This document shows, piece after piece, positions 9,729 through 19,057 of a stretch of DNA of 51,259 nt. This stretch comes from a virus. How positions within the stretch are numbered: the first letter of the stretch is position 1; every line of letters starts with the position of its first letter. Position numbers and translations under genes: made by a program. The notes beneath the pieces are model-generated. The model was not told the DNA's origin and did not search any database. It was given only the letters and a program-made list of their open reading frames with translations. The stretch is taken from the IMG/VR virus record IMGVR_UViG_3300028706_000004; one strand, written 5' to 3'.

Positions 9729-9872
9729 TCAGCACCCTTCTTCGGGCGACTTCTGCCAGATGGCTAGCCGCAAGTTGGCGACGAACTTGAACTGGTTGTA
9801 CCGGACTTTCTGATCTTCCGTCAGAGAGTCATAGCCTTCCCAGTTAGTAGTCCGTAGCAGTGTGTCGCTCAT
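9729..9872 (-). CDS. small hypothetical protein (47 aa), leaderless
   Basis: MSDTLLRTTNWEGYDSL...; ATG 7 nt after the TAGGGT promoter box. Confidence 0.6.
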   Translation of the reverse strand: MSDTLLRTTNWEGYDSLTEDQKVRYNQFKFVANLRLAIWQKSPEEGC

Positions 9873-9879
9873 AGGAGCA

Positions 9880-9911
9880 ACCCTAGCCGATAAGAAAGGT
9901 CAACGCAACCT
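9880..9911 (-). promoter_or_regulatory. early-type promoter, leaderless
   Basis: GG-TTGCGT-tgacctttcttatcggc-TAGGGT-7nt-ATG. Confidence 0.7.
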
Positions 9912-10057
9912 CTTACGCAACATCTCTTGACTTTCTTTTGATCTAGTGCAGTAGACTGCAAACGCAGCCCCGCTGATCACTTTTGCAAGATTTTGAGGAG
10001 GATCTGGGTTTTCCCTCACCTGACTGACTCGTCAGTCAACGATAATAACCGTTATTA

Positions 10058-10210
10058 CTAGAGCCCAGCTAAATCCTCGTCAAGAAGACCTTTGAGCTCC
10101 AAAGCCCCGGCTTCAACCATGACGATTTGGTTATCCCAAAAGTCCAAATCGTCATCAACCACGTCAGGAATTACCCCACTTCTTAGTACGGTGGTGGATG
10201 AGTCAGTCAT
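10058..10210 (-). CDS. small acidic hypothetical protein
   Basis: MTDSSTTVLRSG...; CATAAT 6 nt upstream of ATG. Confidence 0.5.
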   Translation of the reverse strand: MTDSSTTVLRSGVIPDVVDDDLDFWDNQIVMVEAGALELKGLLDEDLAGL

Positions 10211-10226
10211 AAACTCATTATGACAC

Positions 10227-10553
10227 TTACAACTCCTCCAACGAGTGAAGTCCTGCCATAATGATTGGCGTGTTCTCGCCGATCCATGCCCCAGCGATGT
10301 TGAACGAATACCATTCCCACGCTTCGTCATGGGACATGCCCTGTTCATCCATCAACACGTTCAGGATGCGACCTTCGTCGTAGACCACTACGGGAGGTTT
10401 GGAATATTGGTTTCCAATACCCAGAATGGCGTCATCAAGCCCATCCATAAACAGTGCCCCCGGGTTGAGCTCTTGGCAGCCCCGTTCCGCTAGCTCCCGT
10501 TTAGAGCCAACGGTTGTTTCGGATGAACTCTCTGAACCGGTTGATGTGGTCAT
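10227..10553 (-). CDS. conserved aquatic-phage hypothetical protein
   Basis: DGLDDAILG...VVYD...EAWEWYSFNIAGAWIGENTP, recognised as a widespread phage family. Confidence 0.75.
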   Translation of the reverse strand: MTTSTGSESSSETTVGSKRELAERGCQELNPGALFMDGLDDAILGIGNQYSKPPVVVYDEGRILNVLMDEQGMSHDEAWEWYSFNIAGAWIGENTPIIMAGLHSLEEL

Positions 10554-10741
10554 TTATATTTCCCACTCCCCTTCTTGCGATGCCACAAAATAAATGCGGT
10601 GGCTGATAGTAGTCCTGCTACGCAGATTAGTACCCATCCGCTGTGTAAGTCAAGGGTTATGTTGAACTCCATTTGATTTCTCCTCAGTGTTATGCGGGAC
10701 TCTTCCCGTCGTTACGTTGAGGTAATGAAGTAACAGTTGTC

Positions 10742-10984
10742 TTAGCCAGTCCAGTACCGGATCTTGTCTCGGCAGATGGTTCGATTCCCCTCTTTTTTGC
10801 GATCAACGAATGTTGCGGCACGGCACTTCCGGCCTTCTCGCAGGGCGTTGACCTGTGCGTCGCGGCTCGCCCGTCGGATGGACTTCAAGTCCTCCTTGGC
10901 GATGCGGCGACTGGTCTTGCCAATCGGGGTACGGTCCTTCTTCCTCATAGCGACAATCTTATCCTTTATAACTGACAACGACAA
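10742..10984 (-). CDS. small basic hypothetical protein
   Basis: Arg/Lys-rich; probable start at MRKKDR. Confidence 0.55.
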   Translation of the reverse strand: MSLSVIKDKIVAMRKKDRTPIGKTSRRIAKEDLKSIRRASRDAQVNALREGRKCRAATFVDRKKEGNRTICRDKIRYWTG

Positions 10985-11387
10985 CGTGTTTGAGGAGCTC
11001 CTCGCTGAGTCCCGCTATTTGCGGCAGCCAGCACATCGGGGTCTTTGCCCCATCACCGCTTTGACGATCCTTTCACCTACCGTCATTTGACGACCCAAGC
11101 CATTCAGTTCGGCTTCGGTTTTACCGATGGGTTCGTCGGGTGAGCTCTCCTCCCCTTCATTACTCATGTAATCATTTTACACGAAGAGCGGGGCTCTGAT
11201 CTGCAGCTCAGGCAGAAGGAGGCACAGGGCTGGGCGGTTCGACAGGCGGCGCCGGAGAAGTAATCGGTCGAGAGTTGTCCTCTCGGGTCATATCGTTATC
11301 GTCTGGATCTGGTGTGTCGCTCATGTCTTACAGTCTACAACAAATCAAGAAGACATCCCCGAACGGGGCTTCCAGCTGCAGCTCACC

Positions 11388-11420
11388 AAAAAGCAGAAAA
11401 CCCCCACCGAAGTGAGGGTT
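11388..11420 (-). terminator. intrinsic terminator
   Basis: AACCCTCAC-TTCG-GTGGGGGTT followed by TTCTGCTTTTT on the minus strand. Confidence 0.75.
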
Positions 11421-11467
11421 CCCTTTGATCGACTCCGAGAAGTTGACCGGCTCGCCGTGTTACCAGT

Positions 11468-11620
11468 CTACAGCATGGCGTAGATGCAGGGTACACACAT
11501 GACCCGGTTGCGACCAGTCTCGGTCTTGATGGGCTCCATGCTGGGGGAGTAGACCATGTCGTCGCCGCATTTGCGGCATGAGACGAATCCCGGTCCCTCC
11601 ATTGGTGCCAGTTCACTCAT
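11468..11620 (-). CDS. Zn-ribbon microprotein (50 aa)
   Basis: Hand translation MSELAPMEGPGFVSCRKCGDD...MCVPCIYAML; not in the ORF track. Confidence 0.6.
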   Translation of the reverse strand: MSELAPMEGPGFVSCRKCGDDMVYSPSMEPIKTETGRNRVMCVPCIYAML

Positions 11621-11650
11621 CGGTCATTTCCCCTATCGTGATAGTAGTAA

Positions 11651-11989
11651 TCAGGTGTAGAGCTGCGTGTCAAGAGGCGCGATGTCTTGGGCGGTCACGA
11701 TCATCCGGTCACAACCGTCTTCGAAGTTGTGACCGTTACGCCAGATCACTTCGACGTTCTTGTTGCGCTTTTCGGCTGCCCTGATGACAGTATGGCGAAA
11801 GAACCGGCTTTCAGTCTCATAGTCGCCATGGGTGTAGCCGCCGCTCAGAGAGCGCTTTGGTTGACGCACCAGCAGGTGGGTCTGTCCGTCGAACCATTTG
11901 TGCCACGGGTATTTGCACGGGCGACCCAACGGATCAACCGTCTTCGCCCAAGTGGGTTTATCAGTCAGAATCTGACTCATTCGATACAC
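11651..11989 (-). CDS. hypothetical protein, possibly DNA-binding
   Basis: GRPCKYPWHKWFDG motif; RBS AAGGAG; promoter at 12034-12064. Confidence 0.65.
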   Translation of the reverse strand: MYRMSQILTDKPTWAKTVDPLGRPCKYPWHKWFDGQTHLLVRQPKRSLSGGYTHGDYETESRFFRHTVIRAAEKRNKNVEVIWRNGHNFEDGCDRMIVTAQDIAPLDTQLYT

Positions 11990-12033
11990 TCCTTGTGTAG
12001 TCCTTGCAAGACTCCAGTCTCGCTTGTGATAAC

Positions 12034-12064
12034 AGGCTAACGTTAAAGCCCACCATACGCAACC
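12034..12064 (-). promoter_or_regulatory. early-type promoter
   Basis: GG-TTGCGT-atggtgggctttaacgt-TAGCCT. Confidence 0.6.
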
Positions 12065-12381
12065 TTGGGCAACTCACCGAGCTTCCAGATAGTCGGCAGC
12101 GTTGCGAATGCGGGCAGCCCCGCTTGACGCTTCGCTCCGGAGCGGGCTTAACTTCGGGGCTACAGGAGACCCCCGCCCGAAGGCGAAGGTCAACTGGGGT
12201 CAGCAGATACCCGAACCGACCATGTCGGGGTCGGCATCCCACATGTCGTAGTAGAAGTCGCCCCGCGCCTCCTCAGAAGAGAAGGCAGCCCCGCCATCAT
12301 CGTCGGAGCTATCGAACTCGCTATCGTCGCGTGGATTTGGCATAAGTAACACCCCCTTTCCCTCATCTAGTAGGTAATGCA

Positions 12382-12412
12382 ACCCTACCCGTAATAAGGT
12401 ATAAGGGCAACG
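12382..12412 (-). promoter_or_regulatory. early-type promoter
   Basis: G-TTGCCC-ttataccTTATTACGGg-TAGGGT. Confidence 0.7.
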
Positions 12413-12416
12413 CGCC

Positions 12417-12635
12417 TTACTCGAAAAGGCTCATGGTTTCTGGACCACCGTCCCGGTAGCCCCGCAAACACCAATCGTGAAGGTATTTGTATTCGTCGTT
12501 TTCCACATACTGAATAGACTTGCCCTCACCCTTCACCCAACCCCTAATCAAACGAAGCGTGTTAGAGCTGGACTTCGTAACGGGGCTACCGCATTGGACA
12601 CAGACAAACTGGTCGGGTAAATGATTCATTGACAT
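12417..12635 (-). CDS. Zn-ribbon hypothetical protein
   Basis: CVQCG...HDWC. Confidence 0.6.
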   Translation of the reverse strand: MSMNHLPDQFVCVQCGSPVTKSSSNTLRLIRGWVKGEGKSIQYVENDEYKYLHDWCLRGYRDGGPETMSLFE

Positions 12636-12671
12636 AACACGCGCTTCTTCTTACGGTGGAGGAAAGCCCTC

Positions 12672-12863
12672 TCAACCCGTAGCAACTGTGTTGTCTAATC
12701 GACGGTCAACCTCGTCTGACCAACGATCAGAGAGAAACTGCATGTGGCACACCTTGTGCACCCACATCGTTTTCAGGTCGTTCGGAACCGGGACTTCCAC
12801 GTCCCCTTCTTCGGGGCGGCAGGGCAACCCACAAAAACCACACTTCACTGGACGATCTCCCAT
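12672..12863 (-). CDS. Zn-ribbon hypothetical protein
   Basis: CGFCG...HKVC. Confidence 0.6.
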   Translation of the reverse strand: MGDRPVKCGFCGLPCRPEEGDVEVPVPNDLKTMWVHKVCHMQFLSDRWSDEVDRRLDNTVATG

Positions 12864-13048
12864 CTGTCGCCTGACTCTGGAATCAAGGATAGCCCTGAAC
12901 CATCGTCCCAGTCAACGTGTAGTTGGTCGTATTCATCCATGACGTTCTCTCGGAACTTGCGAACCGTGCCCATAGCCCCGGCCTGAAGCTTTGTTGCGAA
13001 GTCGGATGTGTGGATAAGGCGAACTCGGTCGCCTTTCTGCGGCGTCAT
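12845..13048 (-). CDS. DUF4314-like SH3-fold protein
   Basis: GDRVRLIHTSD...GAMGTV...QLHVDWDDGSGLSLIP..D. Confidence 0.75.
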   Translation of the reverse strand: MTPQKGDRVRLIHTSDFATKLQAGAMGTVRKFRENVMDEYDQLHVDWDDGSGLSLIPESGDRWEIVQ

Positions 13049-13289
13049 CAGACGCCCCACGGATGTTTGTCGGAACAGAGGTAGAGAACTACCCCCAATA
13101 GGAAAAACGCAATCACCGTGTGTGCCTCCCGGGTCGGGCGAGTCCGTATTCGTTGGCTCGCTCATGGTCGCACTCAGCGCAGATTGCGCCGAATGTCTTG
13201 TCAGAGCAACGGGGGAATAGTGGAAACTCGTAACCGGCTCCCGATCCTCCGCAGATCGTGCAAGTGGGTATGCTTTGCTTCATAATGGG

Positions 13290-13372
13290 AATCTAGCCGT
13301 AAAGGCAACGTGACACAACATTTGAACAATCTTTATTATTAGGTAGACGTTATTAGTTATTACCGATAGGAT
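13290..13372. promoter_or_regulatory. divergent pair of early-type leaderless promoters
   Basis: Minus: TTGTGT-cacgttgcctttacggc-TAGATT-6nt-ATG(13283). Plus: TAGACG-ttattagttattaccga-TAGGAT-6nt-ATG(13379). Confidence 0.7.
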
Positions 13373-13378
13373 GCCATT

Positions 13379-13672
13379 ATGAGCGAAACACTTGTCATAC
13401 CAGATGGACTAGAAGAAGCAGTCCAAGAAGCTGCCGCACAGGCAGACGGTTACGACCCCTCCTCCGAGTGCGAGGATCTAAACGAAGATCTTGGCGACTT
13501 CGACGAGGGTACCCACCCGTGGCGTGGCTGGACTTGGGGCTACCACCTTGAGACACGATGCACCTACAGACAAACCCTAGAAAGTCCTGCCGAGTACGAG
13601 GTATTCGGGCATGTCTGGATCGACTACGATGGAAAAACCGTCGTAGATTGGAAAGCATCACAGCTGTGGTAA
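13379..13672 (+). CDS. acidic hypothetical protein, leaderless
   Basis: 97 aa; promoter directly upstream. Confidence 0.7.
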   Translation: MSETLVIPDGLEEAVQEAAAQADGYDPSSECEDLNEDLGDFDEGTHPWRGWTWGYHLETRCTYRQTLESPAEYEVFGHVWIDYDGKTVVDWKASQLW

Positions 13673-14013
13673 AAACGTACACACAGGAAGAACTGGGAGG
13701 GTTCATCCCACCCGGTAGTCGAGTTGTCTGGTGGAGCGATGCCAAATACGGCGGGCTCCCCATCGGGGCTGTGTACCAGTCCAAGGGGCAGATAGAGGCA
13801 GAAGGCGTCGGCTCTGATGTCGCCATCTTCGAGAACGCAGGCACGTTCTACACGATTGACCTTTGGACTGACGAAATCATCCGAGTTCACGCCCCGGAAG
13901 GCGAAGCCCCGGATCGGCAGCTAACCAGCAGAACTCACCACGAACAAGCGCTCATCACAACAGCGCTTCTAACTCGTTACGGTGGAGGAAAGGGCTCAAT
14001 AGAGGGGGACTAA
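13666..14013 (+). CDS. hypothetical protein
   Basis: GTG start overlapping the previous gene end; same frame as ORF 13558..14013. Confidence 0.6.
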   Translation: MVKTYTQEELGGFIPPGSRVVWWSDAKYGGLPIGAVYQSKGQIEAEGVGSDVAIFENAGTFYTIDLWTDEIIRVHAPEGEAPDRQLTSRTHHEQALITTALLTRYGGGKGSIEGD

Positions 14014-14391
14014 CACCTGCGGACCTACCTTTTCAACAGAATAGGTCACGCAAGTCGAGAGATGTACCTCACTAGCTAGCTCAACCTCTTGCCCATCCTG
14101 AGTCAAGACAAAGGCTGTGTCCTGATACGGGTTGTACCTTACTCTGCCCATCATCGCAAAGGTGCTGCGCGCTGAATACTCGTACCAATCGCCTTCGATA
14201 AACGCATGTACGTTTTTGCGCTTTTCACCGCGAACTCTTTTATTCCCGGACAGTTGAACAACGAACTTTGCGTCTTTCAACATCAGCTCGCTCAAATGGC
14301 AAACCAGTCTGCCCTTCTTGCGAGAGCGGGGCTCCCAATCAAGCACGGAATAACAGTCCTTGTGAAGATTCCAGTAGACCCGAACTCTCAC
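13996..14391 (-). CDS. conserved phage hypothetical protein
   Basis: VYWNLHK...KRKNVHAFIEG...YNPY, recognised as a widespread phage family. Confidence 0.75.
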   Translation of the reverse strand: MRVRVYWNLHKDCYSVLDWEPRSRKKGRLVCHLSELMLKDAKFVVQLSGNKRVRGEKRKNVHAFIEGDWYEYSARSTFAMMGRVRYNPYQDTAFVLTQDGQEVELASEVHLSTCVTYSVEKVGPQVLVPLY

Positions 14392-14669
14392 TTACCTGCC
14401 ACCACTTCCTCAATGCCGTACAGCTCGAACAGGTCGTGCCACTCTGTCTCGCACTCAGGGCAGCGCACCCATTGGTACACCATGTTCTCGAAGGCTTCCA
14501 ACTTCGTGGCCTCGATGACCGGGTGCTCGCAGAACGGGCAGAAGTAGGGGCGCTTGATGTAGTCCCTCAATGCCGGTGCTGATCGCCACTCCAGTCGGCG
14601 TTCTGGGTCAGTCCTCATGACTTGTTGATCATGGTGATCACGTCGGAGGACAGAATATCGTCCGCCCAC
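14388..14669 (-). CDS. Zn-ribbon hypothetical protein
   Basis: CPFCE...CPECETEWHDLFEL. Confidence 0.65.
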   Translation of the reverse strand: MGGRYSVLRRDHHDQQVMRTDPERRLEWRSAPALRDYIKRPYFCPFCEHPVIEATKLEAFENMVYQWVRCPECETEWHDLFELYGIEEVVAGK

Positions 14670-14873
14670 TCGGCAAGGTCTAGGTGCACCGTCCCTAGAT
14701 CCATGTTCGGAGCCTTGCCGGTGCTGGCGTCTAGCAGCACCTCCAGCAGTATCTCCGCTACTTGCTCGCTTACGTTTTCCATAGCGTGTATCCCTCTCTA
14801 GTTGGTTGACTTACTATCGTCCCCGCTCCGGCCACGCTCCGAAGATGGACTACCCGGGGGAAACCTCAGGGCG

Positions 14874-15245
14874 TCAAACCCACACGCCCAAAGCCTGCAA
14901 AACCTCATCGACCAGATCGCCCGACATCTCCACGCTAGTACGCTCCACGCCCCACTGAGTACCCCACGAATGGGTGAGCGTAGCCCCACTATGCTCCGAC
15001 GACCAGCGAGAATCCCACTCAACGCGAACGGTGGGACCGCCGACCGTCAGAACCAATTCGGCCTTGTTCCGAAAATCGTCGCCCCTCCACGTCAGCACCT
15101 CCAGAAACATGTCATGCAGCCTCTGCTCTTCGATCAGCCGCTCGTCATACCCATGCAAGGCCTTCATGGCATCAAGCACTTCCCGGAGATCTCGTTCCAA
15201 TCCCCCCCTAAATTCCAGAATGTCTACCGTGTGGTCAGTGCCCAT
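14874..15245 (-). CDS. phage hypothetical protein
   Basis: ELVLTVGGPTVRV...SWG; RBS GGAAGGGAAG before MGTDH. Confidence 0.65.
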   Translation of the reverse strand: MGTDHTVDILEFRGGLERDLREVLDAMKALHGYDERLIEEQRLHDMFLEVLTWRGDDFRNKAELVLTVGGPTVRVEWDSRWSSEHSGATLTHSWGTQWGVERTSVEMSGDLVDEVLQALGVWV

Positions 15246-15282
15246 AATCTTCCCTTCCTTGTCGGTCAGATTGGTCAGGTTG

Positions 15283-15543
15283 CTACGCGTGGTCCACCCC
15301 GTCTGCCAGATCGTAGAACCGGTCCCGGTCCCACCGGGGATGATCCGCCACCATTGACGCCGCCACCCCATATGTGACCATGTGCCACGTAGCGTTCATG
15401 CCCTGCCGGAACGCATCCCGCTCCTCATCTGTCGCCCAGATCTGCTGGTCCGCAAGGTTGCCGGAAGATTCCCGCACCCTTGCCAGCATCCCGGCCATCG
15501 TGTCCGTGTGTATCGTTGCCATCACAGACCCTGCCTTGCGCAA
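15283..15543 (-). CDS. hypothetical protein
   Basis: ORF in a co-oriented run. Confidence 0.55.
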   Translation of the reverse strand: MRKAGSVMATIHTDTMAGMLARVRESSGNLADQQIWATDEERDAFRQGMNATWHMVTYGVAASMVADHPRWDRDRFYDLADGVDHA

Positions 15544-15568
15544 TCACGGTGCGACTCCAAAGCCGGGA

Positions 15569-15775
15569 TCAGAATGTCCAGTCCGCCCACTCCTCAAAGG
15601 TCATGCCGACTGTGCCCAGATGGGTGTCCGTTTCCGGCGTGAACCCTCGCAGGTACACATCCATGATGACACCCTCATGGGTAATGTTGATGTCTAGGTA
15701 CCGACCATCATCCAAATTGATGCTGGATCGGCATGGGGATGCACACCCCTCTACGGTAATAGTTGGTTCGCTCAT
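15569..15775 (-). CDS. hypothetical protein
   Basis: RBS AGGAGG; promoter at 15800-15830. Confidence 0.7.
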   Translation of the reverse strand: MSEPTITVEGCASPCRSSINLDDGRYLDINITHEGVIMDVYLRGFTPETDTHLGTVGMTFEEWADWTF

Positions 15776-15799
15776 TAGTAGTAGTACCTCCTGAATAAG

Positions 15800-15830
15800 A
15801 GCGTAACTGTAATAGGTGTCGCTTACAACC
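15800..15830 (-). promoter_or_regulatory. early-type promoter
   Basis: GG-TTGTAA-gcgacaccTATTACAGT-TACGCT. Confidence 0.7.
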
Positions 15831-16104
15831 TATGCGTTGTAATCAACAGCAATCAATTTGGGTTCTTCACCCGCCCAAGCTGTGTAGTGAGCGTGGTCAA
15901 GAACTTCAAACTCGTCTTTATCCGTTGCGTACAGATGCCCGTGTTCGGTTTCGATGCGCAACCATCCCCTAAGGAGGGAGCTCGGCTCAACGCTGAAGAC
16001 AGCTGATAGCCCCGCACACTAACCCACGATCACATTCTCGTCGGTCAGGTTTTCTGCGAGTTTGGTGAGCGTCACCCAGTCGTGTGTGGGCACCTCCGTG
16101 GAGG

Positions 16105-16377
16105 TCACAGCAACTCCTCCAGCTTCTCCGTAATGGCAAGATCGGTTGCCCTCTGGATCGACTCCACCATGTCTGGCACGGCGAATCCGTCCATCGGCCA
16201 ATCCTCTTGGGGAGTGGCGCCTCCTTGGAGCCAGTCCTGCATCGCCTCGTCTGTCCCACAGGGAGAGCAGACGTAGACGGGAGTGTCCTCCGACGTTCTG
16301 GTCGTGCGACTGAGAGCGTTCAGAGCAGGGCGTTCCTCCTCCAAAGCGTTCTTCCCGCATCGTGGGCAGGCGATCAT
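16105..16377 (-). CDS. Zn-ribbon hypothetical protein
   Basis: CPRCG...NALSR...VCSPCGTDEA. Confidence 0.7.
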   Translation of the reverse strand: MIACPRCGKNALEEERPALNALSRTTRTSEDTPVYVCSPCGTDEAMQDWLQGGATPQEDWPMDGFAVPDMVESIQRATDLAITEKLEELL

Positions 16378-16727
16378 GACTTTAGAGCTTCCTGCACCTC
16401 AATGGGCATGATGTTGTTCTTCTTGACCCAGTTGGCCGTCTTGCCCAACGACAGGTGAAGCAGGAACTCGGCTAGAACAAGAACGCTGTCCTTAACCTCG
16501 TAGGTGTAAGCCTTGCCACTCCAGACAACGACAATGGTGTTGTCGGGGAGCGCCTGAATCCTGTCAACACAAGAGGAGGTTCCGTTGCCTTCAATCTTGA
16601 AGTTGAAGGAACCGTCAGTCCACTTGTTCATGTAGAGATCCAAGTGGCCATCATCAAGTTCGATACGCCTATGGGCGCTGTCCTCAATGATTACGTCTGC
16701 GATAACCGCAGTAGTGGTTTCATCCAT
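16374..16727 (-). CDS. KTSC-like domain protein (paralogue 1), leaderless
   Basis: SSCVDRI...VVW...YTY...LSLGKTANWVKK; TACGAT -10 box 7 nt before ATG 16727. Confidence 0.6.
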   Translation of the reverse strand: MDETTTAVIADVIIEDSAHRRIELDDGHLDLYMNKWTDGSFNFKIEGNGTSSCVDRIQALPDNTIVVVWSGKAYTYEVKDSVLVLAEFLLHLSLGKTANWVKKNNIMPIEVQEALKS

Positions 16728-16734
16728 GTACCGA

Positions 16735-16764
16735 ATCGTATCCGTAATAAACGACAATCACTAC
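16735..16764 (-). promoter_or_regulatory. early-type promoter, leaderless
   Basis: TAGTGA-ttgtcgtTTATTACGGA-TACGAT-7nt-ATG. Confidence 0.7.
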
Positions 16765-16790
16765 ATTATTTGACATCTGTGGATAACTTT

Positions 16791-17024
16791 TCACCACTTC
16801 ACCAGCTCGCTCAGAGAGAACACCAGCGTTCCGTCGTCGTCGTCCTCCATCCAGTCGGCAGCGTCGTCGTCCAGAACGACAGCCTTGCCGCCGTCCCAGC
16901 GCACGATCTTGCCGTGGATCTCTTGATCCTTGACTTTCACCAAATCGCCGAGCTGGAACACAGCCCCGTCGTCGCGCTTGCGCTCATTCGGGGGCGGGTC
17001 GGTCCAATGCGGAATCATGTTCAC
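16791..17024 (-). CDS. small SH3/KOW-like protein
   Basis: FQLGDLVKVK...GKIVRWD...LVFSLSEL. Confidence 0.55.
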   Translation of the reverse strand: MNMIPHWTDPPPNERKRDDGAVFQLGDLVKVKDQEIHGKIVRWDGGKAVVLDDDAADWMEDDDDGTLVFSLSELVKW

Positions 17025-17356
17025 TCCTCTTCGTCGTAACTGTCATTCACGTCAAGAGCTTCTACGAGTTCGTCCCTGTCTTGATCCAACTGGGCTACCC
17101 GCTCTTTCAGGGCGGTCAGGATTCGGGCTTGCCCGTCGGGGCTTTCCAGCGTGGCGTACCCGTCCTCTTCCTCGCACAGCGGAACTGCGAAGGCGAGTAG
17201 GTAGGCGTGGTTCCACGTCACGTCAGATCCTCGGGTCGGTGGAGAGGTAGTCGTGGGCCATTTCCTTGTCGCAGAAACGGCAGCCCTCGTCGTCGCAGTT
17301 CTCGCACGCTGCCGCCGTGTACGGGCTTTCCAGCCATGCGTCATATCCGGTCATGC

Positions 17357-17683
17357 TCATGCTGCTGCGTGCTCCGTTGTGTGAACCAAGGTGCCTGTCT
17401 TTTTGATGGCGTTAGCGGTCTTGCCGACAGAGAGCGTCGCTGCGAAGATCGACAACGCCCAGAAGGCGTCTATGTCGTCATAGCGGTAGGTTGCGTTGCC
17501 CCAATGAACTGAGGCTGTTTTGTACCCACCATCCAGCGCGATGTAGCTCACGTCAGAAGTGGTCGCATCATCGTGCGGACAGATCGTGACGTAGTGCCCT
17601 GACTCGTAGTAGGTGGTGCCGACGCTAATAACGCCGCCATCGACCTCGTGAATAATGCTGTGGTGTTCTCTGTTCTCATCCAT
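17357..17683 (-). CDS. KTSC-like domain protein (paralogue 2), leaderless
   Basis: TSDVSYI...VHW...YRY...LSVGKTANAIKK; TTATTACGGA-TACGCT-6nt-ATG. Confidence 0.6.
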   Translation of the reverse strand: MDENREHHSIIHEVDGGVISVGTTYYESGHYVTICPHDDATTSDVSYIALDGGYKTASVHWGNATYRYDDIDAFWALSIFAATLSVGKTANAIKKTGTLVHTTEHAAA

Positions 17684-17841
17684 AACCAGAGCGTATCCGT
17701 AATAAGGGACACTCCCTCACTTTCCATAGAGATTTCTTGACAGGTCGAGCGATTTCTTCGAACTTCGACAGCGCAGCTGGCACAGCCCCGCCTCGGGTTT
17801 CCCAAATCTCACCGAAGAATGTGCCAAACAAGGTGTAAGTA

Positions 17842-18063
17842 TTACGCTGTGCTTACATCGACGGTGGTGGAAAGCACCCATGTGGCAATGGGTATCGCAA
17901 TCTTCTCCACCGTCTCCCACGGTATTTCACCGCAAGCTTCGATCTCTTCGTAGACCTCTTCACGCTCATCGTCATCGAGTATGTCAATGTCAATGAAGTA
18001 AGCGCCGTCGTTGGCCCCAAAGAAGGTGCCGGTGCCTGAGTGGTAAATCAGTTGGTTGCTCAT
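17842..18063 (-). CDS. acidic hypothetical protein, leaderless
   Basis: MSNQLIYHSGTGT...; promoter 7 nt upstream. Confidence 0.65.
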   Translation of the reverse strand: MSNQLIYHSGTGTFFGANDGAYFIDIDILDDDEREEVYEEIEACGEIPWETVEKIAIPIATWVLSTTVDVSTA

Positions 18064-18070
18064 GGGTGGG

Positions 18071-18152
18071 AGCGTATCCGTAATAACACCCTGACGCAAC
18101 CTCAGACAAATCTAACCATAGGGTTGTCGTAGGTGTTCATTTCGGATACCCT
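18071..18152. promoter_or_regulatory. divergent pair of early-type promoters
   Basis: Minus: TTGCGT-cagggtgTTATTACGGA-TACGCT. Plus: TTGTCG-taggtgttcatttcgga-TACCCT. Confidence 0.7.
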
Positions 18153-18192
18153 TGCACTTACAAGGCTTACTAACGAAAGAGGCACCTTTACT

Positions 18193-18720
18193 ATGGGACT
18201 AGACAACATGCCCCATGCTTATCCTTGTAAGGAACAAGGCACAGCAGTCATTGAAAAGAAAACCCACACTTGGGAGGACGAGAATGGTAACACCCAATCT
18301 GAGAACTCCTATCCAGTGGACTGCGACAAGACCATCGAAGCTGGTGGCTGTCCCTACACAAACGCCAGCCCACCCGAAACCGGCTCAGTAACAGGCATGT
18401 TCGGTACCTACTGTTGGTACAGGGGCAAGTACGGCAACTGGCTTATCAACGCTCTTGACGCCCCCAAAACAATGAACATCGACAACATAGACCCTTACGG
18501 TGCTGACGACGATGCCAGTTTCTATGGCACGGACCCTGAGGGGCGGTACCGCCCACCTCAAGCATGTCGTGATCTAGCCGATCAGATGGAGTCCGCTCTA
18601 AATGAGCGTGGCGGTCAACTCGTATTCAATAAAGATGACCGTACTGACGACGTTCTGTTCGCCATCTGGTATCTACGCTGGGTCGCCAAAGAGTGCGACG
18701 GCATGGATGCGTGGTACTGA
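18193..18720 (+). CDS. phage hypothetical protein
   Basis: MGLDN...WYRGKYG...MDAWY; RBS GAAAGAGG. Confidence 0.7.
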   Translation: MGLDNMPHAYPCKEQGTAVIEKKTHTWEDENGNTQSENSYPVDCDKTIEAGGCPYTNASPPETGSVTGMFGTYCWYRGKYGNWLINALDAPKTMNIDNIDPYGADDDASFYGTDPEGRYRPPQACRDLADQMESALNERGGQLVFNKDDRTDDVLFAIWYLRWVAKECDGMDAWY

Positions 18721-19057
18721 TGGACTTCTGGCCGAGAGGCGTCTACCACAGAGCGAAAAAGATCGCCCGTGGTCCGAGAAGCAAGGAAGGCACCAGCCTG
18801 AGATTCGGCATGGATGGCTTTCGGAGAGTTCGCAAGAAGGGGCGGAAGTCCCGGGATAGCTCCAAATCCGAGCCGGACTGCGTCAACTACAACCTATTTT
18901 GCCGAAGCTTTGGCTCCTGTGACGGACAGGTGTGTGAGTACTAATGAATCACATCACTGTCATTAGAAATCTTTACAGCGCAGGTTGTCACTGTCAATCA
19001 TTAACTGTAGTCTCGTCTCCATACTAAACAATGACACACCCCTGAGGAGGGGCGCAT

